Origin: Methanobacteriota archaeon | GTDB lineage: Archaea; Halobacteriota; Methanomicrobia; Methanomicrobiales; Methanoculleaceae | Length of the DNA stretch: 64,000 nt | Reading direction: 5' to 3' | Assembly: GCA_030446015.1 (NCBI GenBank) | Contig: JASUSO010000002.1 | Span: 1,925 to 65,924, forward strand | Shown: piece by piece, positions 1-10,500 of the stretch | How the letters are laid out: each line of letters starts with the position of its first letter | How positions within the stretch are numbered: the stretch's first letter is position 1 | Made by a program: the position numbers and the translations under genes | Notes under the pieces: model-generated | The model's database searches: none | Told to the model about the DNA's origin: nothing | The model's input: the letters and a program-made list of their open reading frames with translations, nothing else

Positions 1-388
1 GTCGCTCCGCCCGGCGGAACGCGTCCAGGAACGGGCCGGGCTCGGTGATCAGGTGATCCGAGGGGAGGACAGCGACCGTGTCCGGCCCGTCCCGGGTGAT
101 CTCGCGGGCGCCGTAGTAGATCGCCGGCAGGGTGTTCTTGCCCACCGGCTCCACCAGGACACGGCAGTCGCACCCGATGGCGGCGAGCTGGTCACGGACC
201 AGGAACCGGTGATCGGTGTTCGTGACGATGGCGATCTCCTGCGGCGAGGAGAAGAGGAGCGCTCTCTTCACGGTCTTCTGGAAGAGCGACTCGTCGTCGA
301 CAAGCGGGATGAACTGTTTTGGGTAGTGTTCCCTTGAGAGCGGGAAAAGGCGGGTGCCGCTCCCGCCTGCAAGTATGAGCGTCTTCAT
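1..388 (-). CDS. manC: Mannose-1-phosphate guanylyltransferase (nucleotidyltransferase), 5' part; runs off the window edge
   Basis: Manual translation from the ATG at 388: MKTLILAGGSGTRLFPLSREHYPKQF...EPVGKNTLPAI...VLPSDHLI. These are typical GMPP motifs. Not in the ORF track because it has no stop in the window. Confidence 0.88.
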   Translation of the reverse strand, partial: MKTLILAGGSGTRLFPLSREHYPKQFIPLVDDESLFQKTVKRALLFSSPQEIAIVTNTDHRFLVRDQLAAIGCDCRVLVEPVGKNTLPAIYYGAREITRDGPDTVAVLPSDHLITEPGPFLDAFRRAER

Positions 389-605
389 GGGATCGACTCC
401 GTGCCGGAGGCACTCAATTGTATACTCTATGCAGGCAGGGAGGATAAAAGCGTAAGGTTATCCCGGGGGTACGGGGGAACCGGCGAGATCGGAGCGTGAC
501 GACGGACCGGGCCATGGGTCCCCGGCCGGGTGTATCGTAAGAAGAACCGTATCGCACCTTGCGGTGTATCGCCCCCATCCCGGGGAAAAAGAGTGAACTT
601 CCCGG

Positions 606-1049
606 TCAGGTCCGGGTCATCGTCGAGTTCCCCGGGTAGAGAGCCCGGGCCTGGGGGTCGAGGTCTTCGGCCATCGCAAGAACATTCTCAGCCTCGTGGT
701 AGTTCCCGAGCCGACCAAGCACCATGCCGTATGTCACCAGGGCAAAGATGCACGATTGGTCGATCGCGAGCGCCCGCCTGCACGCAAGCGCTGCTTCCCA
801 CGGTCGGTCGAGCCGGGTGAGGATCACCGCCCGGTTGTTCCAGGCGTAGACATCATCGTTGTCGCAGACAATTGCTGCGCTGAATGCAGCGAGCGCTTCC
901 TCGTAGCGTCCCTGCCGTTCAAGCGCCACACCCATGTTGTTGAGGGCTGCCGGGTCGTACAGACCCTCCGTGGCGATGTCGCTGTACGCCCGTGACGAAT
1001 CTCTGCCATCACCCTTGCGGGGCATCTCCGGTGTAACCAATTGGGGCAT
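606..1049 (-). CDS. Small TPR-repeat protein (about 3 TPRs)
   Basis: ALNNMGVALERQGRYEEALAAF, AWNNRAVILTRLDRPWEA and LVTYGMVLGRLGNYHEAE match the TPR consensus. Confidence 0.85.
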   Translation of the reverse strand: MPQLVTPEMPRKGDGRDSSRAYSDIATEGLYDPAALNNMGVALERQGRYEEALAAFSAAIVCDNDDVYAWNNRAVILTRLDRPWEAALACRRALAIDQSCIFALVTYGMVLGRLGNYHEAENVLAMAEDLDPQARALYPGNSTMTRT

Positions 1050-1161
1050 ACGTCTGTACCTCGCCCCCTCCTACTGTGGAGTAACTAGATATAGGTTCCT
1101 GCACCTGCCGTCTCCGGGAGCAGGGCGGCCCCGGATCGATCAGCCGGGTTGCCAGGAACGG

Positions 1162-2096
1162 TTATCGGCCGCCGTCGCGGAACCACGCCACTGTCTCGCG
1201 GAGCCCCGCTTCAAGCGTGGAGCGCGGAGCAAACCCGAAGGCCTCCCTCGCCCGGGCGATCTCGGCGAGGGAGTCGCGCACGTCCCCCGGCCGCGGGGGT
1301 TCGTATATCGGCCGGTGGTGTATGCCGGTGATCTCCGCGAGAATGGACGCAAGATGGTTCAGGCTAATCCGGCTGCCCCCGGCGATGTTGAAGACGCCGG
1401 AGGCGTTGCTCTCCATCGCCAGGACGTTCCCCCGCACCACGTCGGCGACGAAGATGAAGTCCCGGGTCTGCTCTCCATCGCCGTAGATGATCGGCGGCTT
1501 ATCCCCGAGCAGGCGGGTGATGAACTTCGGGATCACCGCTGCATACTCGGAGTTCGGATCCTGTCGGGGCCCGAAGACGTTGAAGTAGCGCAGGAATACC
1601 GTCCTGACACCGTAGAGATCGGTGAAGATCTTCCCGTAATGTTCTCCCGCGAGTTTCGCGACTGCATACGGAGAGAGCGGCCTCGGCACCATTGTCTCAC
1701 ACTTGGGGAAGGTCGGGTCGTCGCCGTAAATCGCTGAGGTGGAAGCCGCAACAACCGTCGGGACGTTGCACTCCTTTGCAGCCCAGAGAACGTTCAGGGT
1801 TCCGGTCACGTTCACTTCGTTCGCCTCCAGGGGGTCTGCCACGGATCGGGGAACCGAAGCGATGGCCGCCTGGTGGAAGATGCCGTCCGCATCCGGGAAG
1901 ATCTCCATCAGGAGGTCGAGATCGGTGACGCTCCCTTCGACGAACGTCACCCGGGGATGAACCAGGAGATGATCGATATTCTCCCACCTCCCTGCGGAGA
2001 GATCGTCGACGATCACGACCTCGTGGCCGTCGTATGCCAGCCGCTCTGCGAGGTTGGACCCGATGAACCCCGCCCCCCCGTGACGATGTAACGCAT
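1162..2096 (-). pseudogene. NAD-dependent sugar epimerase/dehydratase (GalE/WbpP-like SDR), apparently frameshifted near its start
   Basis: The body has GGAGFIGS, STSAIYGD and YAVAK motifs. The natural start MRYIVT (ATG at 2096) is out of frame with the body because the run at 2073-2079 has 7 G (minus strand) where 8 are needed. Confidence 0.7.
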
Positions 2097-2378
2097 GCGG
2101 CAGGATAAGATACTCAAGTGTTATTTGAGTGTTCCCGGGGGAGAAGAAAAGAGAGATAAAGCGATAAAATGTTCTTCCGAGAAAGGAGAGAGGCATTTTG
2201 GGGAAGACACGGAAGTGAGTTCAGCAGATACATCCCTGCCCCTCGATATGAGAACCACGACAATAAACTAGTTCAGGCACCCAGGAACCGTGCCCGGCAC
2301 GCCTGCACCGGAGAATGTCATGCCGGCCAACACACATATAGCATCATACGGTTTATCCGGATCGCCCGGAGGACCCGA

Positions 2379-3293
2379 TCACTCCCCCTGTTTTCCGTTC
2401 GAGAGCGGGAAATACTGCTGATAGACGCGTTTACGCTCGTCGATGTCGGTGTGCAGGTAGATCTCGGTCGTCTTGATGGAGGAGTGCCCCAGGTTCTCCT
2501 GCACGACACGGAGGTTCTTTGACCGGCGATAGAGCTCGCTCGCATAGGAATGGCGGATTTTATGCGGCGTAATCCCGGGAGGAGCGTATTGCTTGAAGAG
2601 ATGCTGGACGGTCCGCGGGGAGATGTGGTTGCCCTGTTGACCCACAAAGAGCGGCCCCTCGATCTTGTTGCCGATGAACTGGCTTATCTCGTCGAGCGTC
2701 TCTTCGTCGATGAAAACAGTCCGTATTTTGTCTCCTTTACCCTTTACCCGTATCGTCTGCTCCTCGAAGTCGATATCCTCGATACATATCGCACAGAGTT
2801 CCGAAACACGGACGCCCGTGGCGTAAATGAGGCGGACGATCAGCCGATCGCGCTCGCTCTCGATAGTGTTGAGCAGGCGGATGACCTGGCTGTGTTTGAG
2901 GTATTTCAGTTCCTGATTCTTGATCCGGGGCCGTTCCACCCCAAGCATCGGATCGGCGACAACGGCCCCCTGCACGTAGAGATACTTGTAAAACGAAGAA
3001 AGCGTCGAGATCATCCGGTGGAGAGTCTTGGGCTTGTAATCCTGCTGTTCTGCAAGATAGGAGAAGAAATCGGTGACAAGGGCCGCAGAGACGTTGACGT
3101 TCGCATCCAGCGGAGCGCTCTCGAACATAGCGTCATCGAACGCGACTCCATCCGTATTCTGCCGTAACCAGGCGTATCGGGCGAAGCGCCGGATGGTCTG
3201 CAGGTACTTCTCGATGGTCCGGGGCGAGTAATTCCGCATCCGGAGGTAACTGCTGAAGCGATCCAGCCATTCCGAAAAACAGGCATTTTCCAT
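2379..3293 (-). CDS. xerA: Tyrosine recombinase XerA (XerC/D family)
   Basis: Catalytic set intact: TGVRVSEL (R), VKGKGDK (K), HKIRH (HxxR), LGHSS, TTEIY (Y). The start is taken at MENACF (3293); the longer ORF-track N-terminus is low-complexity. Confidence 0.9.
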   Translation of the reverse strand: MENACFSEWLDRFSSYLRMRNYSPRTIEKYLQTIRRFARYAWLRQNTDGVAFDDAMFESAPLDANVNVSAALVTDFFSYLAEQQDYKPKTLHRMISTLSSFYKYLYVQGAVVADPMLGVERPRIKNQELKYLKHSQVIRLLNTIESERDRLIVRLIYATGVRVSELCAICIEDIDFEEQTIRVKGKGDKIRTVFIDEETLDEISQFIGNKIEGPLFVGQQGNHISPRTVQHLFKQYAPPGITPHKIRHSYASELYRRSKNLRVVQENLGHSSIKTTEIYLHTDIDERKRVYQQYFPLSNGKQGE

Positions 3294-3339
3294 TGTACAA
3301 TACATTAAATAGCGGAGCATATCAAAATTGCGGTAAATG

Positions 3340-4600
3340 CCTATTCCCCGCAATACATTGTACCACCACAGAACCCGGCCACCCACCCAGGAGAGATGGC
3401 CCCCACACACAACCAGGAGAACCGCCACCAGGGAAGTGACACCCAAACCAGGGGTACCCGCCGATCCCCAGATCACACACAGCCAGGCGAATGCCAGGAA
3501 ACAACAGAACCGACCCCATCGGAGACAAGCCAGCCCGGACGGCGACCCGTAGAACACTCCAAAAAACCCGAAACGCCCCCAAACATCGCAGGAACACCAG
3601 ACGCCCCAGGCACCTAAAAAAGTAGGTATCAGGTGATGCAGACTGTGTCGGAGTAGGAGGTATGGTGGGCTGCACCCCAGGTGGGGCGGGGAAGCAAACC
3701 CCACAGAATACGTCCCCGTTCAGGTATATGAACCCCTTACCGCGCGGGGAGAAAGTGAACGGCCCGGAGACAGAAGAGGCGCCACGCGACCCCCACCCCC
3801 CACCCACATATAAATGACCCCCACAGAAGAGCATAAACGCCAGATCACACCCCACGGTAACCACAACTATGGATACAAGCACGATCGAGGCCCAAAAACG
3901 CGATATGAGGCCGGCGGATCTCAATGGCCACCCACAGAACGTCAGGCCACCGTGATCCCGGAAAGAGAGGTTGAATAACCATCAGAACGCAAGGGAGCAG
4001 CGTTTGGCACGGACCAGACCTCGAGTAAACGCCAGATTGCCCCGATCCCCGCTGAAGAGATGTTGCCCCACCCACCAAACTGCACTTCGTCGTAATCGGC
4101 GCAATGTGCCCTTCGCACGGCTTTCGCCACCCACTTCAATCAAACCCACACCAAGTACGGGCCGCGACGCTCCGCAGAAGTGGAATCTGGACCTTGTTGA
4201 GCGCAAATCGCGAAGAACACGATCACTCATTCCTCCACCTTAGAGCAAGACGTTGAACACACAGATGCGAACGCCAAGACCGGGAAGACCGAAAATCTTC
4301 GATGGGAGCGCAATTTCCCGGAGCAACGCCCGGCCCACCGCAATCAAAACACCCCCAAAGCCCGGCCACAGCCCAGACATCAACCATCACCGACCCCCGG
4401 AGCCATTATTGTGCCCCAAATAGGACTACATCGCGCCCTGAGGCCCCGATCACCGCCTCGCACCCCGATCCAGAGAGGCAAGTATAAACCATATGATGCT
4501 ATATGATAATCGAGGCAATCGTGACGCCGGCAGCACCCGCACAGCCACCCAATCCCGGCGACGCATCCGGCCTCTTTTGAACCGCCGCCGCATAACCAGC
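3340..4600. other. Long non-coding, C/A-rich, T-depleted intergenic region
   Basis: No credible protein ORF. Only 12 T in 260 nt at 3361-3620. CCACAGAA recurs at 3366, 3701, 3821 and 3932. Confidence 0.6.
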
Positions 4601-4637
4601 CTTATTGAAATAGCAACACCAACAAGAGGTAGGTAAA

Positions 4638-5207
4638 ATGGAAGAACCTGACAGCATCAAAGACCCAAACAAGTATCAGAAATTCAAGAAGGTAGACGGC
4701 GCCACCTACCAGCGGGTCAACCAGTTCCTGCGCAAACACACCCACATCACCGCCCGCGAGTGGGCCATAGCGCGCCTCTGCGCTGACTTCAAGACCACCA
4801 GCGGCTCGGAGATGACGTTCATCGGTGAGAACCTCCCCGAGCTCTGCCCGTTCATGGTCGACACCTACTCCCCGCAGGCGGTCAACCAGGCCAGGAGTTC
4901 GTTCAAGAAGAAGGTGAAGAAAGCCGGGGCCACATTCTTTTACGGGGCGATGTGCGGTTTTTTCACCGCGGAGGAACTCGACGAGATCCTCTTTGAGGCA
5001 AGCGAGGTCGCCCGGTTCCTGCTGGAGGTGGAAGGGACGAGCCTGAACCTCGACGACGAGATAGACGTCGAGGACCGGATCACCGAGGTGATGCGGGGCG
5101 TGGCCGAGGCGGCTTCGGTCATCCTGAAGGCCCGGCCCGGCCAGGAAGGCGAGACCCAGGAAACAGAGGAGCCAGAAGTACAGAACCAAGGAGAGGAAGA
5201 AGAATGA
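4638..5207 (+). CDS. Conserved archaeal hypothetical protein (DUF5806-like) with an acidic tail
   Basis: HITAREWAIARLCADF and ELDEILFEASEVARFLLEVEG motifs recalled from this family. SD-like GAGGTAGG upstream. Confidence 0.7.
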   Translation: MEEPDSIKDPNKYQKFKKVDGATYQRVNQFLRKHTHITAREWAIARLCADFKTTSGSEMTFIGENLPELCPFMVDTYSPQAVNQARSSFKKKVKKAGATFFYGAMCGFFTAEELDEILFEASEVARFLLEVEGTSLNLDDEIDVEDRITEVMRGVAEAASVILKARPGQEGETQETEEPEVQNQGEEEE

Positions 5208-5959
5208 AGATCATACAGATCGTCGGCCGCTCGAACGCCGGAAAGACAACGTTCATAAGGAACCTGATCAGTGCGCTTTCCGCGCACGGAGCCGTCGGAG
5301 CGATCAAACACCTCGGACACCACGGCTTTTCGCTCGAGCCCGGAAAGGACACCACCTTGTATTATGAATCGCATGCTGCTATATCCGGCGGTGTCGACGA
5401 GGAGAAGTCAGTCATCACCAGGCGCGAGAACGATCTCAACACCACTCTGGATATCCTCTGTAACGCCGGGGTCGAGTACGCCATACTCGAGGGATTCAAG
5501 TCCAGACCATTCCCGAGGGTCGTGATCGGCGACCTCGAGAGCGAGAACGTCGTGCTCCGCAACCCTTCGGTCGAAGAGGTGATCGCCGCACTCGACCGGT
5601 TCGAGGACTACTACACCGTCGAGGGGCTGGTCAGGGAACTGAAACGCGAGTACGGCGTCTCTCACGCCGGAGCGATCCTCACGTTCAACGGGATCGTCAG
5701 GGAATGGTCGGGAGACGACCGGACTGAATACATGGACTTTGACGAGACCGTCGACGCCGTGGCGGAGAGCATCCAGAAAGAGATGGAAGCCGTCCCGGGG
5801 ATCATCGGCGCACGGTTCTACCACCGCAAAGGGCGACTCTATGCCGGAGAAGATATAACATATCTTGCAATACTTGCAGAACACCGACAGGAGGCGTTCG
5901 CCGCCGCTGCAAACGCCATCGACAGACTGAAGCGGGAATTACACAACGTGGAGAAGTGA
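5204..5959 (+). CDS. mobB: MobB-MoaE fusion (molybdopterin-guanine dinucleotide biosynthesis B plus molybdopterin synthase large subunit)
   Basis: N-terminal P-loop GRSNAGKTT with IKH; C-terminal GAILTFNGIVRE...HRKG...IDRLK MoaE motif. Confidence 0.85.
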   Translation: MKIIQIVGRSNAGKTTFIRNLISALSAHGAVGAIKHLGHHGFSLEPGKDTTLYYESHAAISGGVDEEKSVITRRENDLNTTLDILCNAGVEYAILEGFKSRPFPRVVIGDLESENVVLRNPSVEEVIAALDRFEDYYTVEGLVRELKREYGVSHAGAILTFNGIVREWSGDDRTEYMDFDETVDAVAESIQKEMEAVPGIIGARFYHRKGRLYAGEDITYLAILAEHRQEAFAAAANAIDRLKRELHNVEK

Positions 5960-5963
5960 CGGG

Positions 5964-7319
5964 ATGCGAAACGGAAAACAGATGTTTGGAACGAACGGCG
6001 TGCGGGGCGTGATCGGGGAGACGATGACGCCCGCCCTCGTCCTCAAGGTAGGTGCAGCGCTTGGATCGATGAGGAAAGGCACCATCGCGGTCGGCAGAGA
6101 CACACGGACGTCCGGCGAAGCGCTGGCCCATGCCCTCAAAGCCGGGCTCCTGATGACCGGGTGCGACGTGGTGGACATGGGTGTCCTCCCCACCCCGGCG
6201 CTGCAGTACATCATCAAGACCAACAAGTTTGCCGGCGGCGCGATGATCACCGCGTCCCACAACCCGCCCGAGTACAACGGCGTCAAGATCATCGAGGCCG
6301 ACGGCACCGAGATGTCCGATGAGGAGATCATCCAACTCGAAGGCCGGTACTTCGCTGAGGAGTTCGATGTGGCCGACTGGGACGGCGTCGGCAGCGAGAG
6401 CGCCGCACCCGACCGGCTGGAGGAGTACATCGAGGCCGTCGTGAACCACTTCCCGGAAGGCATCGGCAAGGGCATGACCGTCGTCGTCGACCCCGGATCC
6501 GGGCCCGCGGCGCTCACGACCCCGATCATCCTCTCCAGGATGGGGTGCCGGGTCCATACCATCAACGGCAGGCTCGACGGCACCTTCCCGGGCCGGATGC
6601 CTGAGCCGACCCCCGAAGGACTGCAGCCCCTTTCGGAGATGGTGCTCGCCACGGGCGCCGACTTCGGGGTGGCGCACGACGGCGACGCAGACCGGGCGGT
6701 CTTCGTCGATACCAAAGGACGCTATATAGAAGAGAACTACGAGTTCGGTCTCATCGAGGACTATGTCTGCGCAAGAAACAGCGGCGGGCTCGTCGTCACC
6801 CCGGTCGCCACCTCCCGGCTGATACAGGATATCGCAACGAAGCACGGCTGCACCGTCGACTACACCCCCGTCGGGAGCATCTATGTCGCAAGAAGGATGA
6901 TCGAACTGATCAGCGAAGGCAAGAAGGTCTCGTTCGGCGGTGAAGGAAACGGCGGGCTGATATATCCCGACCACCAGTTCTGCCGGGACGGTGGCATGAC
7001 CGCCGCCATGATGGTCGCGGTGCTCGCAAGCCACAAGGGCAGGAAACTCTCGGACATCGTCGACGAACTCCCTGCATACCACCTGGTCAAGGAGAAATAC
7101 CATACCGCCGACCCGGCAGGGCTGGTCCGTACCGTCGAAGAGGCGTTCGCGGGAGAGACGATCGAGAAGATCGACGGCATCAAGATCGTCAGGGAGAATG
7201 TCTGGGCGCTGGTGCGGGCATCGGGCACGGAGCCGATGATCAGGATCATGATCGAGGCAAAGGACCCGGCCGTCGCGGACGCCATGTACAAGGAGATAAT
7301 GGCGGCGACGGCTCGTTAG
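5964..7319 (+). CDS. glmM: Phosphoglucosamine mutase / phosphohexomutase
   Basis: MFGTNGVRG, ITASHNPPEYNG, DGDADR, GGEGNGG and RASGTEP motifs. Confidence 0.9.
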   Translation: MRNGKQMFGTNGVRGVIGETMTPALVLKVGAALGSMRKGTIAVGRDTRTSGEALAHALKAGLLMTGCDVVDMGVLPTPALQYIIKTNKFAGGAMITASHNPPEYNGVKIIEADGTEMSDEEIIQLEGRYFAEEFDVADWDGVGSESAAPDRLEEYIEAVVNHFPEGIGKGMTVVVDPGSGPAALTTPIILSRMGCRVHTINGRLDGTFPGRMPEPTPEGLQPLSEMVLATGADFGVAHDGDADRAVFVDTKGRYIEENYEFGLIEDYVCARNSGGLVVTPVATSRLIQDIATKHGCTVDYTPVGSIYVARRMIELISEGKKVSFGGEGNGGLIYPDHQFCRDGGMTAAMMVAVLASHKGRKLSDIVDELPAYHLVKEKYHTADPAGLVRTVEEAFAGETIEKIDGIKIVRENVWALVRASGTEPMIRIMIEAKDPAVADAMYKEIMAATAR

Positions 7320-7569
7320 AGCCGGGAGCGACCCCGGGCACCCACATCCATCGGCGGGGGACAGACCCCCACCCCTCCACCCGCGGGATCACCCCCCCGC
7401 CACAGTCCCGTACCCGGTGCACGGGATGACTGCTATCATCCACCGTCTCCCTGTAATTTTAGGGGAACTCTCCAAATTCATTGAAAAGCATTCTTGTGGG
7501 AGGGGGGCAATCTATATATCCGATAATGGACATGCATGATGCAGAACCCACGGGAGAGCGCTGATCAAA

Positions 7570-10500
7570 ATGGATGGAAAGGTACAGATAAAACAGAAGA
7601 TCAACTCCGCTATCTCTTCTGGCGATCTGCGTGAGCTTGAAAAGGTGGTTTCGGACATATCAGAGACCCAGACGAGGAAGGAGAAGCGATCGCTCTACGA
7701 GCAGATGAACGCCGCCCTGGTCGAAGCGGCGTTCAGCGAAGGCCAGCCTGAACTCTTGAGCCAGCTCGTTGAACCGACCAGAGAAGAGATATTCGAACTC
7801 GCAAAACGTGCCGCCGCCATCTATAGCGAGAAGAAGGACGAAGCGTGGTTTGCGGCGATATTCACCCTGGTCGACAAACTCGACCGCAAGAGCCATCAAT
7901 CAGATATCCTCGCCCGGATCTCCCGTGATCTCGTCGAGGCCGGGGTTGAATCCGGCGACATCCACTATATCGAAAAAGCTGGAGAGGCATTCAATAAGAT
8001 CAGCATCCGCAAATACCGTTCGGCCATCCTCTCCGAGATCATCCCGCTTTTCATCCGGTTCGGGCAGAAGCATCAGAACGTCGAGATCATGCAGCAAGCC
8101 CTCCAGATGCTCCCCGAGATCGGCGACATATCGCGGCAGTCGCAACTCCACGCCGACGTGGCCCGTGCGATTGCCGGCTCCGGCATTGAGGCCGGGGATA
8201 TCGACCTTGTGATCCGGGGGCTCAGAAGTGCCACCGAGATCAACCAGAAGATCCGGCGCACCAACTCGATCGCCGACATCGTGGACGCCACCTGGAAATC
8301 CTCGCTGAAGAAAGAGATCTCCGACATCGAACAGATCCTCGACGCTCTCCCGGATCTCCCCGAAGAGCGGCGCACGGAAGTCCTCGCGATCCTGACCGAG
8401 CAGCTCCTTGACCGCCAGCGGGACAGGAAGCAGGTATACACCAGACTGCTCAGGATCGACGACGAAAAACCGTGGGCCGGCCAGACCCTCGTCCTCGAAC
8501 TCTTAAAGAAGGCCGAGCGGAGCGGGGAGCGCTGGTACCTTGAGAAGGCTTTCGAGTTCAACGCCCGGGGCGCGGGAGAAGGTCAGCTTCCCATCGAGGA
8601 GATCGTCCTCTCCGGGATCGCTGTCGTCGAGAAGAGCGGCAACCCGACCGTCCTCCTCGACATCACGCCGCTGATCGACGAGACCTGCGACGCCGCGAAA
8701 GCGGCCCAGCTCTACCGGCAGATCACCGACGCGCTCTCCCGCATGGGCGACTTCTATTACGCAATCGAGGTCATGAAGAAGGCCAGCAGCAGTGCACAGA
8801 GGATCAACGCCCAGTTTTTCGACACCAGTGTCCGCCTGATCAAGGAGGGTGTCCGGCGCGACGAGATCGGGCTCGTCCGTGAGAACATCCTCGCCACACT
8901 GGATATCGAGATCGCCGATTCGCTGGTTCACCAGGCGGTGACCGACTTCTGCAAGGAGTACGACTTCGATGAGGTCGTCAGGCACGTACCGGCCATCAAG
9001 GAACTCGCGGGCTCGCACCGCGCACAGGACACCCTGCTTCTCGAGTGCAACAGCATCCTGATCGAGCGGGGATTCGTCCGCCAGAAAGAGCCGTCGGCTC
9101 TCGTAGATCTCGTGAGCCAGATCGGGGAACAGGGTCTCCGCGAACAGGCCATCTCGACCATCGCCGTCGAGATGGCGCGGGTCGGCGTCGCCCGGAAAGA
9201 CCGGGACCTCCTCCGGCACGCGACCGGACTCACCTGTGAGATCGTGGATCAGCGGGCCCGGGCAGAGGCGATGGGGGGTATCGTCGACCAGGCTGCCGTG
9301 CTCGCCGTTGAGGACGGCGACCTCGACCTGCTCCACGGGATGCGGGTCCTCTCCACGTCTCTCCTGGAGCGGGACTACTGCCTCTTTGCGATGGGCAAGG
9401 TCGTCCACGGCCTGATCATGTACGGGATCGAACAGCTCTCGCTCCAGGCGCTGGACGAGGCGGGCCAGATCCTCTCCCAGATCGCCGACCCGGCCCTGCA
9501 ACGGCAGCTGGCCGATCCCCTCATCGAGGGCTACGTCCGGGTCGGGAGCCTGCAGGTGGCGGACCAGCTCTCCCGGGGGAAGGCGCAGGTCTTCGACGGC
9601 ATGATGGAACCGTTCGAGATCGCGCTCGACCTCCTCAAGGCCAGCACCCCAAACGAGGAGATATCGATCAAGATAGCAAGTTACGTCGATATCATGCTCG
9701 AGTACACGCAGGCTTACGCGAGCCCGATCTTTGCTGCGCCCATGTCGCTCTTCTCCCTGGAGATCAGCGGCGAATACGAGCGGACCGCCATGATCCAGCG
9801 GGTCCTCACGTTCTTCACCGATTACACGAAGGAGTTCGACTCGGCCGACCCCTATGAGGTGACGGCGTACCTGCTCGAAGGGATCGAAGGAGGGGCAGCG
9901 GCGCGGCCGGTGCTCGAACTGATGTATCGGCTCTTCGAGCACACCAGCGACACCTATGCACGCTACACCGGGATGTACCGGATCGTGAGCGCCTACTCGG
10001 CCCTCGAAGATGTTGAGCGGGCCGAGGCGATCATCCGGAGGCTCCACGAGACCATCGGCGACCTCTCCGATCCGGCCGTCCGCGCCATCATGCTCTCCGA
10101 CCTTGCCGGACTCATGGCCGGGATCGATCACGATGCGGCCAGGGAGTACCTCGCCGAGGCGCAGAAGACACTTGATGCCATACGGAGCGAGCGGGAGGCA
10201 TTCATCAGGAAGAACCTGATCTACGCCGCGCGAAGTCTCTGCGCCGTAAACCGGCAGGAGAAGGACGTCGAGTGGGCGATGGAGCAGGTCGGCAAGATCG
10301 ATGACCCGGTCGAGTACGTGGACGCTCTGGCGGCGGTCTTCGATATGGTCAGCGAACCCGCACAGAGGAAAGATATCCTCTCGTCGATGTGCCATACCGT
10401 CGTGAACATCCCCTTCCCCTACGTCCGGCTCTCGATGCTCTTTGACGTAGCACAGTTCGCCGAGACATACGGCGACGAAGAGGAGATCGAGGAACTGTTA

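Noticed and set aside
551-566. TCGCACCTTGCGGTG as a fourth copy of the hairpin repeat
   Set aside because: Only the short core resembles the family and no other block is present. It could be chance in GC-rich DNA.
3294-3704. N-terminal extension of XerA in the 441-aa ORF call
   Set aside because: Low-complexity G/T-rich translation with no recombinase similarity. The real protein starts near MENACF.
3706-3740. GTTCA-GGTATA-TGAAC as a Xer dif site
   Set aside because: Only 5 bp of arm symmetry, and it lacks the inner TAA/TTA typical of dif sites. I found no convincing dif site in the window.
7320-7480. GC-rich hairpins after glmM
   Set aside because: Short stems with no similarity to the other repeat copies. 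They cannot be distinguished from ordinary 3' intergenic sequence.
8503-10395. Long antisense ORFs (630 aa here; also 5802-7103, 27879-29366, 37018-38670, 53497-55074 and others)
   Set aside because: Shadow frames of GC-rich genes on the opposite strand, with no protein motifs.
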